This document shows, piece by piece, positions 48,908 to 59,443 of a DNA stretch of 64,000 bases. Source of the stretch: a bacterium (lineage in GTDB: Bacteria; Electryoneota; Electryoneia; Electryoneales; Electryoneaceae); contig OY769902.1 of assembly GCA_963669175.1 (NCBI GenBank), positions 4,512,001 to 4,576,000 of the forward strand, written 5' to 3'. The first letter of the stretch is position 1. Each line of letters starts with the position of its first letter. Made by a program: the position numbers and the translations under genes. The notes beneath the pieces are model-generated. The model made no database searches, was not told where the DNA came from, and saw nothing but the letters and a program-made list of their open reading frames with translations.

Positions 48908-51900
48908 ATGAACGATCCAGGCGGATCAAATTGGCACATTTGGGATCTTCATATTCACACGCCATTCTCAGCATTGAACAATGGTTTCCCGAATGACTTC
49001 GATGAGTATGCCAAGCGTGTATTTGCTAAAGCTGTTGAAATGCAAATTGCTGCAGTTGGAATTACGGATTATTTTTGTATAGAGGGCTATAAGAAAATCC
49101 GGGCGCTCCTTAACAACAAAGCTCGTTTAGAAGAGCTTTGTGGCAGTGGAATAGCTGAAGCCGTCCAAAATATCCTTTTTATCCCAAACATTGAATTACG
49201 CGCTGATATAATAATCCAAGACGTTAGCGGTAAAGACAGCAGGGTTAATTTCCATGTATTGTTCTCCGATGAGATATCACCAGAACAAATCGAGGAAAAT
49301 TTCCTTAGAGAGATAAAGTTTACTAAGGAAGGTAACCCAAGTGGAGCCGACGAATCATGGTCACTTACGATAAGCAATTTAGAGATCCTAGGAAGAAGTT
49401 TGAAAAAACAGCATCTCCCCTTTGCAGAAAAACCGGATATAGAGATTGGCATGATGAATGCCGTAGTCAACCATAGTGAAGTCAGCAAAATCCTGGCTAA
49501 TAAACCCTCAATCTTTGGGAGCCGATACCTCCTAGCAGTCGTTGCAGATGAAGACTTATCAAAATGTAGCTGGAACGGCCAAGGACATCTGACACGAAAA
49601 GTGATGATCCAGAAATCAGATATATTGTTCTCGTCCAATCCAAGTACTCGAGAATTTGGACTAGGTCTTAAACATCCGACTATTGATGAGTTCAAAGCTG
49701 AGTTTAAAACCTTTAAGCCGTGTATTCACGGGTCAGATGCCCATGGCTTAAAGCATCTATTTATCCCTAGTGAACAGAGATTCACTTGGATCAAGGCTGA
49801 TCCGACATTTGCTGGGCTAAAACGCATCTTGAGGGAACCAGAATCTCGAGTTTTCATTGGTCAAGAACCACCCGCCATTGACCAACAACGTAATAATAAG
49901 ACACGTTATTGTGAGAAACTGTCATTTGAAAAACTTTCAAAATCCGCCTTTGATGAACTTTGGTTTTCCGGCGATATACCTTTAAATACTGGTTTGGTAG
50001 CTGTGATCGGGAACAAAGGTAGCGGCAAGAGTGCGCTGGCTGATTCTTTAGGATTGGTTGGTAATTCGCCAAGAGAGAAGCACTTCTCTTTTCTCAATCT
50101 CAACAAATTCCGCCGTCAGCGCGAACGCAAAGCTGAACACTTCAGAGCATCCCTACATTGGCTTTCCGGTGACATCAATTCGCGACTTCTATCTGAAACC
50201 GTTGATACGACCTCTGTAGAACGGATTAAGTATATTCCTCAAAACTACCTTGAAACGATCTGCAACGAGGTTGCAAGTGGTGAGGGTAGCGAATTTGACA
50301 AAGAACTAAAAAGTGTCATTTTCTCCCATGTCCCTGACCATGAACGACTTGATTGCCAATCATTTGATGATTTAATGGCTTTCAAGACAAACGAAACTAG
50401 TGAACGCATCAAGTTATTACAGAAAAGGTTACACAACATTAACGAGCGAATTGTAACTTTGAATGAAATGTTAACTGATGAATATCGGCAAAAACTTGAG
50501 CAACAATTAGAACATAAAAAACTTGAGCTTGACGCTCACAACGAAGTTAAACCGAAAGAGATCATTCCTCCAGATAAAGATCCTGTTGTAGGAGACAAAA
50601 ATGAGAAACTTGCAGCAGAGATTGAAAAGCTTCGTAGAGAAATTGAACAAATTGATTCGAATATCTTAGATATCAAATCCCAAAATAAGTATATGCTTCG
50701 TCGCAAAGCATTAGCTGAAAAACTGAAAGCTAAGCTCGAAAATCTTCAGCGCAGTTATAACGATTTTTCAGCAAGTTGTTCTGAATGTGAAGAATTGGGT
50801 TTACAACCTAAAGATGTCATCACATTCAAAGTTCATTTTGAAAAATTAGAGGATATCATATCAAGTGCTGTTCTCGAAAGTCGTAAATTCTCGAACATGC
50901 TTTTAGAGGACGTAGAGGGTACCCCAGTCAATGAAAAGAAACAAAAGCTTGCAAAGGTGAAAGAACTCCGCAATACCATGAGCGCTGCAGACCAACAATA
51001 TCAGCAGTATCTAGAAGAACAAGCGAAATGGGAAGCTCGTAACAAAGAAATCATTGGTTCAACTGATACCCCCAAAAGTCTTGAATATACCAGAGCACAA
51101 CTCAAAAAATTGCTTCTACTTCCAACCGAACTCTCCACAAAAAAAGAAGAGCGCATCGCGATTGTCCAAGCAATCTTCCAAGAAATCGACAATTTGGCAA
51201 GTAAATATGCCGCATTGTACAATCCAATTGAACAGGCAATAGCTGGAGATCCCCTGAAGGATCGGGGTCTAGAACTTGGTTTCAAGGTATCTATTGTCGC
51301 AAAGAGTTTCGAGGATCGTTTCTTTAATCTGATTCAGCAAGGTAGACGAGGAAGTTTCTGCGGTGTTGAAGAAGGACAGAAGCGACTTCGAAAAATGTTA
51401 CGCGAAGCCGATTTCTCGACTACACAAGGCGTTGCGATCTTTATCAAGGAAATAGATGATGCTTTAACATATGACCTTCGCGATGATGAGCATCAGCTTG
51501 TACAGATCACAGATTTAGTAAAGAAAGGGATTGAACCTGTCAATGTTTACGATTTTGTCTTTGGTTTAGAATACCTCTTTCCTCGCTACGCGCTTACTTG
51601 GGGAAATCGTACTCTTGACCAGCTTTCACCAGGCGAACGCGGAGCCTTGCTTCTTGTATTTTATTTATTAGTAGACAAGGACACTATCCCTTTGGTTATT
51701 GATCAACCGGAGGAAAATCTTGACAACGAATCCGTCTATCGAATGCTTGTACCTTGTATTAAAAAAGCGAAGGAGCGACGCCAAGTGATTATTGTAACAC
51801 ATAATCCGAATTTGGCAGTTGTCTGCGATGCAGATCAAATTATATACTGCGAAATGGACAAACCTGGAGGGAATCGAATAACATATACAACGGGATCCAT

Positions 51901-52000
51901 CGAAAATCCTGCTATCAACCGCCATATTGTTGATGTATTAGAAGGTACTCGTCCAGCATTTGATGTTCGCGATGCGAAGTATAAACTTGTAGACTTTTAG
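48908..52000 (+). CDS. PHP-domain + ABC/SMC-type ATPase (Ppl / TrlF-like anti-phage protein)
   Basis: WDLHIHTP, ITDY, NFHVLF, GSDAH (PHP); GNKGSGKS, long coiled coil, LSPGER, IDQPEENLD, VTHN. Confidence 0.85.
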   Translation: MNDPGGSNWHIWDLHIHTPFSALNNGFPNDFDEYAKRVFAKAVEMQIAAVGITDYFCIEGYKKIRALLNNKARLEELCGSGIAEAVQNILFIPNIELRADIIIQDVSGKDSRVNFHVLFSDEISPEQIEENFLREIKFTKEGNPSGADESWSLTISNLEILGRSLKKQHLPFAEKPDIEIGMMNAVVNHSEVSKILANKPSIFGSRYLLAVVADEDLSKCSWNGQGHLTRKVMIQKSDILFSSNPSTREFGLGLKHPTIDEFKAEFKTFKPCIHGSDAHGLKHLFIPSEQRFTWIKADPTFAGLKRILREPESRVFIGQEPPAIDQQRNNKTRYCEKLSFEKLSKSAFDELWFSGDIPLNTGLVAVIGNKGSGKSALADSLGLVGNSPREKHFSFLNLNKFRRQRERKAEHFRASLHWLSGDINSRLLSETVDTTSVERIKYIPQNYLETICNEVASGEGSEFDKELKSVIFSHVPDHERLDCQSFDDLMAFKTNETSERIKLLQKRLHNINERIVTLNEMLTDEYRQKLEQQLEHKKLELDAHNEVKPKEIIPPDKDPVVGDKNEKLAAEIEKLRREIEQIDSNILDIKSQNKYMLRRKALAEKLKAKLENLQRSYNDFSASCSECEELGLQPKDVITFKVHFEKLEDIISSAVLESRKFSNMLLEDVEGTPVNEKKQKLAKVKELRNTMSAADQQYQQYLEEQAKWEARNKEIIGSTDTPKSLEYTRAQLKKLLLLPTELSTKKEERIAIVQAIFQEIDNLASKYAALYNPIEQAIAGDPLKDRGLELGFKVSIVAKSFEDRFFNLIQQGRRGSFCGVEEGQKRLRKMLREADFSTTQGVAIFIKEIDDALTYDLRDDEHQLVQITDLVKKGIEPVNVYDFVFGLEYLFPRYALTWGNRTLDQLSPGERGALLLVFYLLVDKDTIPLVIDQPEENLDNESVYRMLVPCIKKAKERRQVIIVTHNPNLAVVCDADQIIYCEMDKPGGNRITYTTGSIENPAINRHIVDVLEGTRPAFDVRDAKYKLVDF

Positions 52001-52078
52001 GATAGTTTAAAATATTCATGCTTTTACTTGCATGGCAGTTGTATAATACGTACTTGTATTATCATGTGTAATAACTTG

Positions 52079-52924
52079 TTAATTTAGAAAAATATCTGTA
52101 ATCAAGGTACATCGGCAATTCGGATGCGCTGGAATAGGTGGCAATTGATTTAAAATATACTCCTGTCCATTCAACGGACCGCAAACAGGACAAACTCGTT
52201 CGTCCAAGGCCGTATACCACACAACTTCCTCAACTTTCATGTCTTTGTATAGATGTATCCTGCCTTGGTTATAAGATCGCATGACTTCTGTCCGTGTAAT
52301 AACTTCAATCCTATTCTGAGCCGTCTTAAACACCTTCTTCCCCGCGAAGCGAAATTTATCCTTTTCTGATGGTTTGATTACATCCCCAATATCCAGTGCG
52401 ATTTGACCTATATCCCGACCAGAAAGAATACCCGCCTGCAGGTTGAGCTTGATGTCATCCAGCAATCGATCTGACACCGTTCCCAATAGCTTGATGTTAC
52501 ACAGAGCCAGGTTTTCCAGTGCTCGACCATCAATCGTATCAAACGCTTTATCAATTATCGCCTGCCAGGCTTCAGTTTCCTTCAATCCCATCACCCCGCT
52601 GTCCCTAAGCTCAAACACTCCCCGTTCGATTCCCAGTCTAAAAGCGTCTTTTGTCATTGGACGGGCAAGTGAAGTTGTAGACTTCTTCAGCTCCTTCATG
52701 ACTGACTCAATCCGGTCGAGGATAGATTCAAGACGTCGCTTCCAGAGGGCAGATCCGGGTGCGACACTTTTCATTTCCGCCACACGTAAAAGTTCACTCC
52801 GAACCTGGGTTGCGGCCTGTTCGAGTGATTTCAGAAGAAGCGTTTCCTGTTCTGCGGTGTACTGCTGAGCTGCCTTCAGGGAGATGTTCAGCTCAACTTC
52901 CAGCCGAGGATCGATAGTTGCCAT
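52079..52924 (-). CDS. Phage minor head morphogenesis protein (SPP1 gp7 / Mu gpF)
   Basis: ITRTEVMRSYNQG, DERVCPVC, PPIPAHPNCRC. Confidence 0.88.
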   Translation of the reverse strand: MATIDPRLEVELNISLKAAQQYTAEQETLLLKSLEQAATQVRSELLRVAEMKSVAPGSALWKRRLESILDRIESVMKELKKSTTSLARPMTKDAFRLGIERGVFELRDSGVMGLKETEAWQAIIDKAFDTIDGRALENLALCNIKLLGTVSDRLLDDIKLNLQAGILSGRDIGQIALDIGDVIKPSEKDKFRFAGKKVFKTAQNRIEVITRTEVMRSYNQGRIHLYKDMKVEEVVWYTALDERVCPVCGPLNGQEYILNQLPPIPAHPNCRCTLITDIFLN

Positions 52925-52927
52925 GAA

Positions 52928-54388
52928 TCAATGATCCTCAGAGTGTGTCTGCTGGAATTGAATATCTCGATTCACTTCATCATATAATGCTTCAACATCC
53001 GCATCAGATTGCGGGTTATCAGTCTTGTCGTTCTGCGATTCATCCTTCGCCAAGCCCAGATATTTCCGTGCCTCATCTCGAGTGAGTACATCCTGCAGGG
53101 TTAGACTGGCGATGATCTCCGGTTTAAGCAGCCTGGACATACGCGATTCTTCGCCATTGTAGTTTTCATCTTCCACTGAAGGCTGCAATCCAAGCCTGGA
53201 TTGAAGGGTTGCCCTGCTGACCAGACCGCGATCATACAGCTCCATGTACATCTTCCGACGATCCTGTTCTTCAGCCAAGTCGAGATCATCAAACTGATAG
53301 GTGATTTCAGCATCATCATTTCCTTGCATTTCCAGCCAGTCCAGATAGACCCAGTCGAGGATCTCCCTAACAATCCTCTTAATCTCAGACAGCATGATGA
53401 TGATCTTTTTAAACCCGACCGAAGCTGTTGCGAAATTCGGTCCCTCACCTGTGACAAGACTTTTCACAAATCCCAAGGCCACGATGATATCGCTTTTTAC
53501 TTCCTTGACTTTCTCTTCGGTTCGAAGGACTTCACCCTCAGTGCCGTAGGTTTTCACATCCACGTAATAGGGAACGACTACACCTTGCTTCGGGTCCATC
53601 TCGTCCAGGATATCACGAATCTTCTCGATCATCTCCTGCTTGGGTGTGATGATCTTGTCACCGAACTTACCGCCAACAGAGATGAAACGGAGTGGAGTTG
53701 TCCAGCGTTGGGCAATTGCCTTTTCTGCGTTCCGGTAGTGGCGCATGAGCTGGATGGATTCAAAGGCAGGCTGAACAATGGAAACGCCATGCAAGTTGAA
53801 ATCCGGACTGTCCCATTTCGCCCGGAAGAACTGTTCCGGTTCAAGGCTGATTTCTTTTCCCATGCCAGCAGCAGCCTGGTCGTCTTTCTTCACTTTCTGC
53901 TTGATTTCATCGATCTCACCCGTTTCATCATCAAGCTTGTAAGTCAGGCCAATAGGATTTAGACATGTAATCCGTTCGTAGTCCTTGAAACCGTCACCTG
54001 ATTTCTTACCACCATACTGCTTATAGGCAGCGCACTCGCCCTTAACTAACAGTTGCAAAACCATGTCACGGATGAGCTTGTCCATCCCAAGGCGACGGTG
54101 GAGTGCTCGAGCCTTCTTTTGCGTATCTGCAGCATCCACGAGCGGGATGATCTGCTCCCCAACTGCAAACACACGCCAGGCATTGACCGCGTTGTTCACA
54201 ATCGGTTCGCTGGTGAAATAGTACCAGGCAAGCTGTGCCATTTCTTCCCATTTCTCGGGTACACCTTCAACCGTGTCCAAACCATCTGTTGCACCACCCA
54301 TACGATTCAAGGCAGCGCCATGGGCAACATCAAATCCAGAAGAAACAGGGTTGCGTCTCTGCAACCCCAGTGCTGAAAGCAGGGTCAT
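52928..54388 (-). CDS. Phage portal protein
   Basis: 486 aa between terL and gp7; LVKGEC, HGVSIVQPA, ALGF...G.NFATA, YDRGLVS, TRDEARKYLGL. Confidence 0.78.
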   Translation of the reverse strand: MTLLSALGLQRRNPVSSGFDVAHGAALNRMGGATDGLDTVEGVPEKWEEMAQLAWYYFTSEPIVNNAVNAWRVFAVGEQIIPLVDAADTQKKARALHRRLGMDKLIRDMVLQLLVKGECAAYKQYGGKKSGDGFKDYERITCLNPIGLTYKLDDETGEIDEIKQKVKKDDQAAAGMGKEISLEPEQFFRAKWDSPDFNLHGVSIVQPAFESIQLMRHYRNAEKAIAQRWTTPLRFISVGGKFGDKIITPKQEMIEKIRDILDEMDPKQGVVVPYYVDVKTYGTEGEVLRTEEKVKEVKSDIIVALGFVKSLVTGEGPNFATASVGFKKIIIMLSEIKRIVREILDWVYLDWLEMQGNDDAEITYQFDDLDLAEEQDRRKMYMELYDRGLVSRATLQSRLGLQPSVEDENYNGEESRMSRLLKPEIIASLTLQDVLTRDEARKYLGLAKDESQNDKTDNPQSDADVEALYDEVNRDIQFQQTHSEDH

Positions 54389-54407
54389 TCTTTACTCCAG
54401 TATCTGG

Positions 54408-54614
54408 CTATTCCTCGCCGGTCAGGAAACTGACAATCTCTCCAAGAAGGTCTTCAACATGGCCGAGGTCACCCACATGCGCGAAGGTGATCGGTTCATC
54501 CTGGCCGTGTTTCTTGAGTTCCGTTTGCATCTTCCCGATCAGTGATTGAATCTTTGCCTGTTTTTCGTTGTAATCTTTCTTGGCTTTCGCTTTTCTTTCT
54601 TGCTGTGTCATCAT
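54408..54614 (-). CDS. Small hypothetical phage protein
   Basis: 68 aa, AAGGAGG RBS, ITFAHVGDLGHV motif, own upstream promoter-like region. Confidence 0.7.
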   Translation of the reverse strand: MMTQQERKAKAKKDYNEKQAKIQSLIGKMQTELKKHGQDEPITFAHVGDLGHVEDLLGEIVSFLTGEE

Positions 54615-54722
54615 CGCCTCCTTGTAAGGTGTTGTTTCTGCTGTGCTTCTGCACTAATCAGCGATGAATTGTATGCGATTATCAAGTCCTTGTGCTGGCT
54701 TCTGAAGGCACTCAAACCCTTA

Positions 54723-56288
54723 TCAGAACTTGAAAATCGGTTTTGTCGTTACGGGCATGATAGCGATCTCTTCCACATTGGTCTCGATCTCCTTCATCTC
54801 ATCCAGTTCCACTGCCAGAACAGCACACCTGACCGCATCGATGATGTGATCACGCCCTTTGGAATAGATCACCTTCCCGTTGGTCATCGTGTATGTCTGG
54901 GTGGTGAACTGATCTTCGATTTCCAGATCGCTGTCAGGAAAGCTGATCAGCTTTCTTGCCAGACGACCGTTGATCAGACTGGTCATCAACTCCTTGGTAC
55001 GCTTCTTGATCTGCTTGCCAGAAGTGTTGAACCCAATGGTGGTCGACGAACCGAAGTCGAAGGCCTGCAACCTGTCCCCGAAATTGTGATCCGCGAACTT
55101 GTCGAGGCGTTTCAGGTCCTGTTCGACTGCCAAACCATTCCCGCCCTTGTCAATCCCGATCCAGGTGAACTCGAAGTAGTTGTCCAAGACAGCAACCGCT
55201 TCAGCGATATAAGGGTAGGCAACATGTTCGAGGTGAACACGCAGCACTGCGTTCAGCAAACCTTCATCATCCCGTTCAAACACCACCAGTTCGCATGGAT
55301 CTGACGTATATCCAAGGTCGCCCCCCAGCACGTACTCACCTGGCTGGGGTGTCAATCCCAGCAACAAGTCAAACCGTGTACGGACTTCATCATCACCATC
55401 ACAGTCCAGCATCTCCTCACCGGTGATCACCACCTTGCGGTAAGCATGGATTACTTTCTGGTTGGCATGGAAAGCCTCGACATTGAATGCTGCATAAGAA
55501 GGACTGCCGTGTTCGCCAAGAATCTCATGCTGGTATCCTGAAGTATCACGGCCACCGTAAAACTCGACCAGTTCTTCTTCACGCTCCTTTGTCCAGTTAG
55601 GATGAAGCATTGAAGGCCAGCGCACGACAAACCAGCGTCCGGTCTTATCCTGGGTCAGTCTGTAGTAGGTTGAATCCCTAAGTCCATTGGGATTGGAGTA
55701 AATTCGCATCGTGCCATTGGCGTTCAAGCATCGACGCAATGCTTTCCAGGCTCGCTCAGTCAACCATGCACCCTCATCGACCCAGATCCGATTTACGTGA
55801 AGCGATCTTAGCGACTGCCCCTTGTCACCAGCTGGCCGGAAGTGAACCAGCGTCCCACCAGCGAATCGGATCTGGTAATAGGGCTTTCGTTTGATATCCA
55901 GGTGACCAAGACGATTCCTGGCGATACTAGCTTCCAGATCTGCATTGCTGAATATCTGATGTTCCACTTCCTCAATGATGGTTTCCAGATGTCCCTGATG
56001 TGGAGTGACAACCAGCCCGCTGTCATGTGGTGTTGTGAATCCGAAGTGCAAAACCAGGGTAGTTAGGACGATGGTCTTTCCGACCTCACGGCCATCCTGA
56101 TGAATGATCTGAGGATGATCATTACGCAGATCCTCAACCTGATGCTCCCAGTATGCCCTGATCGTCCCGTCCTGGTTTGCCAGAAACTTCTCGCCCCATT
56201 GCACCGGGTCTTTCAGGATGCGATAAGCCTGGATCATCTCATCGGACAAATCGCTGGAAGCCTTATGATGATTAGCTTCAACAGGCAT
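54723..56288 (-). CDS. Terminase large subunit
   Basis: GREVGKT Walker A, IWVDEGA Walker B, YSNPNG coupling motif, nuclease GGDLG, IDKGGNG, DHIIDAVR. Confidence 0.88.
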   Translation of the reverse strand: MPVEANHHKASSDLSDEMIQAYRILKDPVQWGEKFLANQDGTIRAYWEHQVEDLRNDHPQIIHQDGREVGKTIVLTTLVLHFGFTTPHDSGLVVTPHQGHLETIIEEVEHQIFSNADLEASIARNRLGHLDIKRKPYYQIRFAGGTLVHFRPAGDKGQSLRSLHVNRIWVDEGAWLTERAWKALRRCLNANGTMRIYSNPNGLRDSTYYRLTQDKTGRWFVVRWPSMLHPNWTKEREEELVEFYGGRDTSGYQHEILGEHGSPSYAAFNVEAFHANQKVIHAYRKVVITGEEMLDCDGDDEVRTRFDLLLGLTPQPGEYVLGGDLGYTSDPCELVVFERDDEGLLNAVLRVHLEHVAYPYIAEAVAVLDNYFEFTWIGIDKGGNGLAVEQDLKRLDKFADHNFGDRLQAFDFGSSTTIGFNTSGKQIKKRTKELMTSLINGRLARKLISFPDSDLEIEDQFTTQTYTMTNGKVIYSKGRDHIIDAVRCAVLAVELDEMKEIETNVEEIAIMPVTTKPIFKF

Positions 56289-56361
56289 ATCTACCCCCTT
56301 GATAGTCCGTATAATCCATGCCATGTTGTATGCGAAAACCATCTAAAACAGGGAGAAGGCC

Positions 56362-57249
56362 ATGACTTGGGAAGAAGCATTTGCTGGATTCGAGACACAT
56401 ATGCAGGCTGCAGGAAAGTCGCAGCATACGATTTCCGCATTCCTGACTGACCTTGGCAAACTTGAAAAAGCTGTCCAGGCAGATCCAGCCTCGATCACCG
56501 CTACAGATCTGGATCAATTCCTGGTTGCTATGAAGACCAAACCCGACGGATCGGACCGGAGTCCAAACAGCATGAACCGCCTGAAAACCGCTATTCGTTC
56601 TTTCTTCAACTGGCTTCGTCAGGCTGGCATGATTGAATCGAACCCTGCTACCGGTATCAAAACCAGCAACGTTTCCCAGAAACCGCCCGTTTACCTCACC
56701 GAAGAGGAAGAGAAGAATCTGCTTCGCTGTCTTCGGTACAATCGCACCAGAAAGCATGCACTCCGTGACAATGCCATCATCCATCTGATGCTGGACTCCG
56801 GTATTCGCGTTGCAGAACTGGTTGGACTTGATCTCACAGACATCGATGGCAAACACCTGAGGGTCCGCCTCGCCAAGGGTGGCAGTCCAGTCGTTAAGTT
56901 CCTGCCAGCTAGAACACGCAAAGCCATCGGCACCTATATACAGAAGGAACGTCCTCAGTTTGAAAAGCAAGACAGCACAAAAGCCCTGTTCATCAACCAG
57001 CAAGGAACCAGACTGCAATCTCGAGCCGTCCAGGTATTGGTTCCAGCATGGATCAAACTTGCAGGAATCACCAAATCGGTCACCCCGCACACCCTGCGCC
57101 ATACCTTCGCCACATCCCTGCTGAATAAGACCGGCAACCTGCTCCTCGTACAGAAAGCTCTGGGACATCGCAATGTGACCACCACCCAGATCTACGCCCA
57201 TGTTGCCGACGCTTCGCTGGAAGAAGCCATCGAAAACCGAAGCGAATAG
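56362..57249 (+). CDS. XerC/XerD-like tyrosine recombinase
   Basis: RDNA...SGIRVAEL, KGG, HTLRHTFAT, LGH...TTQIY catalytic residues; no arm-binding domain. Confidence 0.93.
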   Translation: MTWEEAFAGFETHMQAAGKSQHTISAFLTDLGKLEKAVQADPASITATDLDQFLVAMKTKPDGSDRSPNSMNRLKTAIRSFFNWLRQAGMIESNPATGIKTSNVSQKPPVYLTEEEEKNLLRCLRYNRTRKHALRDNAIIHLMLDSGIRVAELVGLDLTDIDGKHLRVRLAKGGSPVVKFLPARTRKAIGTYIQKERPQFEKQDSTKALFINQQGTRLQSRAVQVLVPAWIKLAGITKSVTPHTLRHTFATSLLNKTGNLLLVQKALGHRNVTTTQIYAHVADASLEEAIENRSE

Positions 57250-57512
57250 CAGCTCACCTGAACTAATCACCACGAGTAAAGCCACCGCGATTTTTCTACC
57301 AATCCCTCTCATCTATCCACCACTCTTTATCGTCCTGAACACATCCCTTTTCACATCAAACACTTAGCCTGAACTGTCCGTCTGAAATTCGATATAAGTT
57401 ATTTATTTACAAGTCTCTACAAGCCTCTTTTCAACTTGATAGTACCTCCGATATGCGATTAATGTGTGTCCAGAAACACACAGCAAACCAAGCAAAAACA
57501 AGGAGTCACAAG

Positions 57513-58394
57513 ATGGAAAACCTGACCTTCGGAATCGAAATCGAAACCATCGGACGCACCCGCAACCAGGTGGCCAAAGCCATTCAGCAGATCGTCGGTG
57601 GACGGATTGAGCACCTTCGCGATACCTACGACACCTATCAGGTGGTTGACAGCAGAGGACGCGCATGGCAAGCCAAGTCGGACGCCAGCCTTTCCGCTTC
57701 GAGAAGCCAACAGGCTGAGGTGGTTAGCCCGATCCTTACCTACGACGACTTGGCGCAGCTTCAGGAGGTGGTTCGAAGCGTCAGGAGATGCGGAGCGAAG
57801 GTTGACAGCTCCTGCGGGATTCACATCCACGTGGGAAGCGCTCCTTTCGACGCCAAGGCACTGACCAACCTGGTCAAGATGGTCAACAAGCAGGAAAAGC
57901 TGATTGAGCACGCCTTGAACGTCAGCACAGCGAGAAGGGCACGCTGGTGCAGAAGCATCGACTCCAACTTCATCGCCAACATTGAACGCAGACGCCCACG
58001 GAACCTCGACGCGATCAACGCCGCTTGGTACGGAAGGCACAATTCCCGACCAACCCATTACGACCAGAGCAGGTACCACGGGGTCAACCTTCACAGCGTC
58101 TGGTTCAGGGGAACTATTGAATTCCGCTGGTTCGACGCCACCCTCCACGCTGGCAAGGTCAAGGCTTACATCCAGTTCATTCTCGCCCTCGCCTCGAAGG
58201 CACTGAATTCCCGCTCGGCTTCTGCCGCAAAGCGGGACTTCAACCCCGAAAGCGCCAAGTACGACTTCAGGGTTTTTCTTCTTCGCCTTGGCCTGATCGG
58301 CGACGAGTTCAAAACCGCACGTCTTCACCTCCTCGGAAGTTTCGAAGGTTCTTCCGCCTGGAAGCATGGCCGCCCTACACGACAGGCGGCCTAA
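57513..58394 (+). CDS. Amidoligase family protein (COOH-NH2 ligase, Amidoligase_2)
   Basis: [38 protein letters not shown]; AAGGAG RBS. Confidence 0.88.
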   Translation: MENLTFGIEIETIGRTRNQVAKAIQQIVGGRIEHLRDTYDTYQVVDSRGRAWQAKSDASLSASRSQQAEVVSPILTYDDLAQLQEVVRSVRRCGAKVDSSCGIHIHVGSAPFDAKALTNLVKMVNKQEKLIEHALNVSTARRARWCRSIDSNFIANIERRRPRNLDAINAAWYGRHNSRPTHYDQSRYHGVNLHSVWFRGTIEFRWFDATLHAGKVKAYIQFILALASKALNSRSASAAKRDFNPESAKYDFRVFLLRLGLIGDEFKTARLHLLGSFEGSSAWKHGRPTRQAA

Positions 58395-58457
58395 ACGCCG
58401 CCGGATTGACCGACAACGGAAATCCAGAGAACGAGAACTCTTGAAAGGAAATACATC

Positions 58458-59306
58458 ATGATGATCAAAGAACTCACCACACTTTACTTCGCTTACGGGT
58501 CGAACCTTGATCCGGCACAGATGAAGAAGCGATGCCCCGAAGCCATATCGCTCGGGGCAGCCACCCTCGAGAACCACCGGATCGCCTTTGCCGGATACTC
58601 CCACGCACGAGACGGTGCGGTCGCTACGGTTCTCCCTGAAAGGGATGCTTCCACAAAGGGCATCCTCTACCGGATGACTATCCTTAACCTTGAACTGCTT
58701 GACCGGTTCGAAGGCCACCCCTTGTTCTACACCAGAACTCAGCGAACAGTCAGGGATAAGAAAGGCCGGTTCCAGACCGCTTGGGTCTACCATCTTCCGC
58801 CCGAGTTCCCCGAAGGACCGCCTTCCGACGATTACTTCAGCGTCATCAGGAAAGCCTACCGGAAAATGAAGTGGCCAACCACCAGCCTTGAAGAAGCTCA
58901 TCAGCGAGGTCTGGAAGGGATTACTGATTCTGGAGACTACCTGGTCTTCGTATACGGGACACTGAGACGAGGTGAACCCAACCACAGGTTGCTTGAAGGA
59001 TCGCTGTGCCTTGGAACTGTCAAAACGGAACCACGGTTCAGCCTGATAGACCTTCAGCACTTTCCCGGCCTGATACCCGGAGGGACGACCTCGGTGACCG
59101 GCGAGCTCTTCGCAGTCGACAACGTAACCCTTCACCGGCTCGACCGTCTTGAAGGTCATCCGACCTTTTACCGCAGGGAGAAGATTCTGCTTCAGGATGG
59201 ACGTGAGGTCCTGACCTACATCTACCAACGAAGCTCGGGACGACCGATCAGGAAAATTGCATCCGGTGACTGGATCAAATACCGAAAGCGCAGAGTTTAT
59301 GGGTGA
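58458..59306 (+). CDS. Tandem gamma-glutamylcyclotransferase (GGCT/AIG2-like) double-domain protein
   Basis: YFAYGSNL...LDRFEG and VFVYGTLRRG...LDRLEG. Confidence 0.88.
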   Translation: MMIKELTTLYFAYGSNLDPAQMKKRCPEAISLGAATLENHRIAFAGYSHARDGAVATVLPERDASTKGILYRMTILNLELLDRFEGHPLFYTRTQRTVRDKKGRFQTAWVYHLPPEFPEGPPSDDYFSVIRKAYRKMKWPTTSLEEAHQRGLEGITDSGDYLVFVYGTLRRGEPNHRLLEGSLCLGTVKTEPRFSLIDLQHFPGLIPGGTTSVTGELFAVDNVTLHRLDRLEGHPTFYRREKILLQDGREVLTYIYQRSSGRPIRKIASGDWIKYRKRRVYG

Positions 59307-59410
59307 TTCCCATTTTGAACCCTGTTTCCGGGACGAACACCCCCTTATAGGCTTCCCGCCTGTTTGGGGGTGTCGCTTTGATATTTGTTTTCCTGTCATC
59401 GCTCAGTCCC

Positions 59411-59442
59411 TTTCATCGCATACTGTCCAGTATGCGACGAAA
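59411..59442. repeat. 32-bp near-perfect palindrome between convergent genes
   Basis: TTTCATCGCATACTG-TC-CAGTATGCGACGAAA, one mismatch. Confidence 0.8.
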
Positions 59443-59443
59443 C

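Noticed and set aside
56278-57312. 344-aa minus-strand ORF
   Set aside because: Antisense shadow of the tyrosine recombinase
57459-59399. 646-aa minus-strand ORF
   Set aside because: Antisense shadow of the amidoligase and GGCT genes, which have clear motifs; it has no recognisable domain
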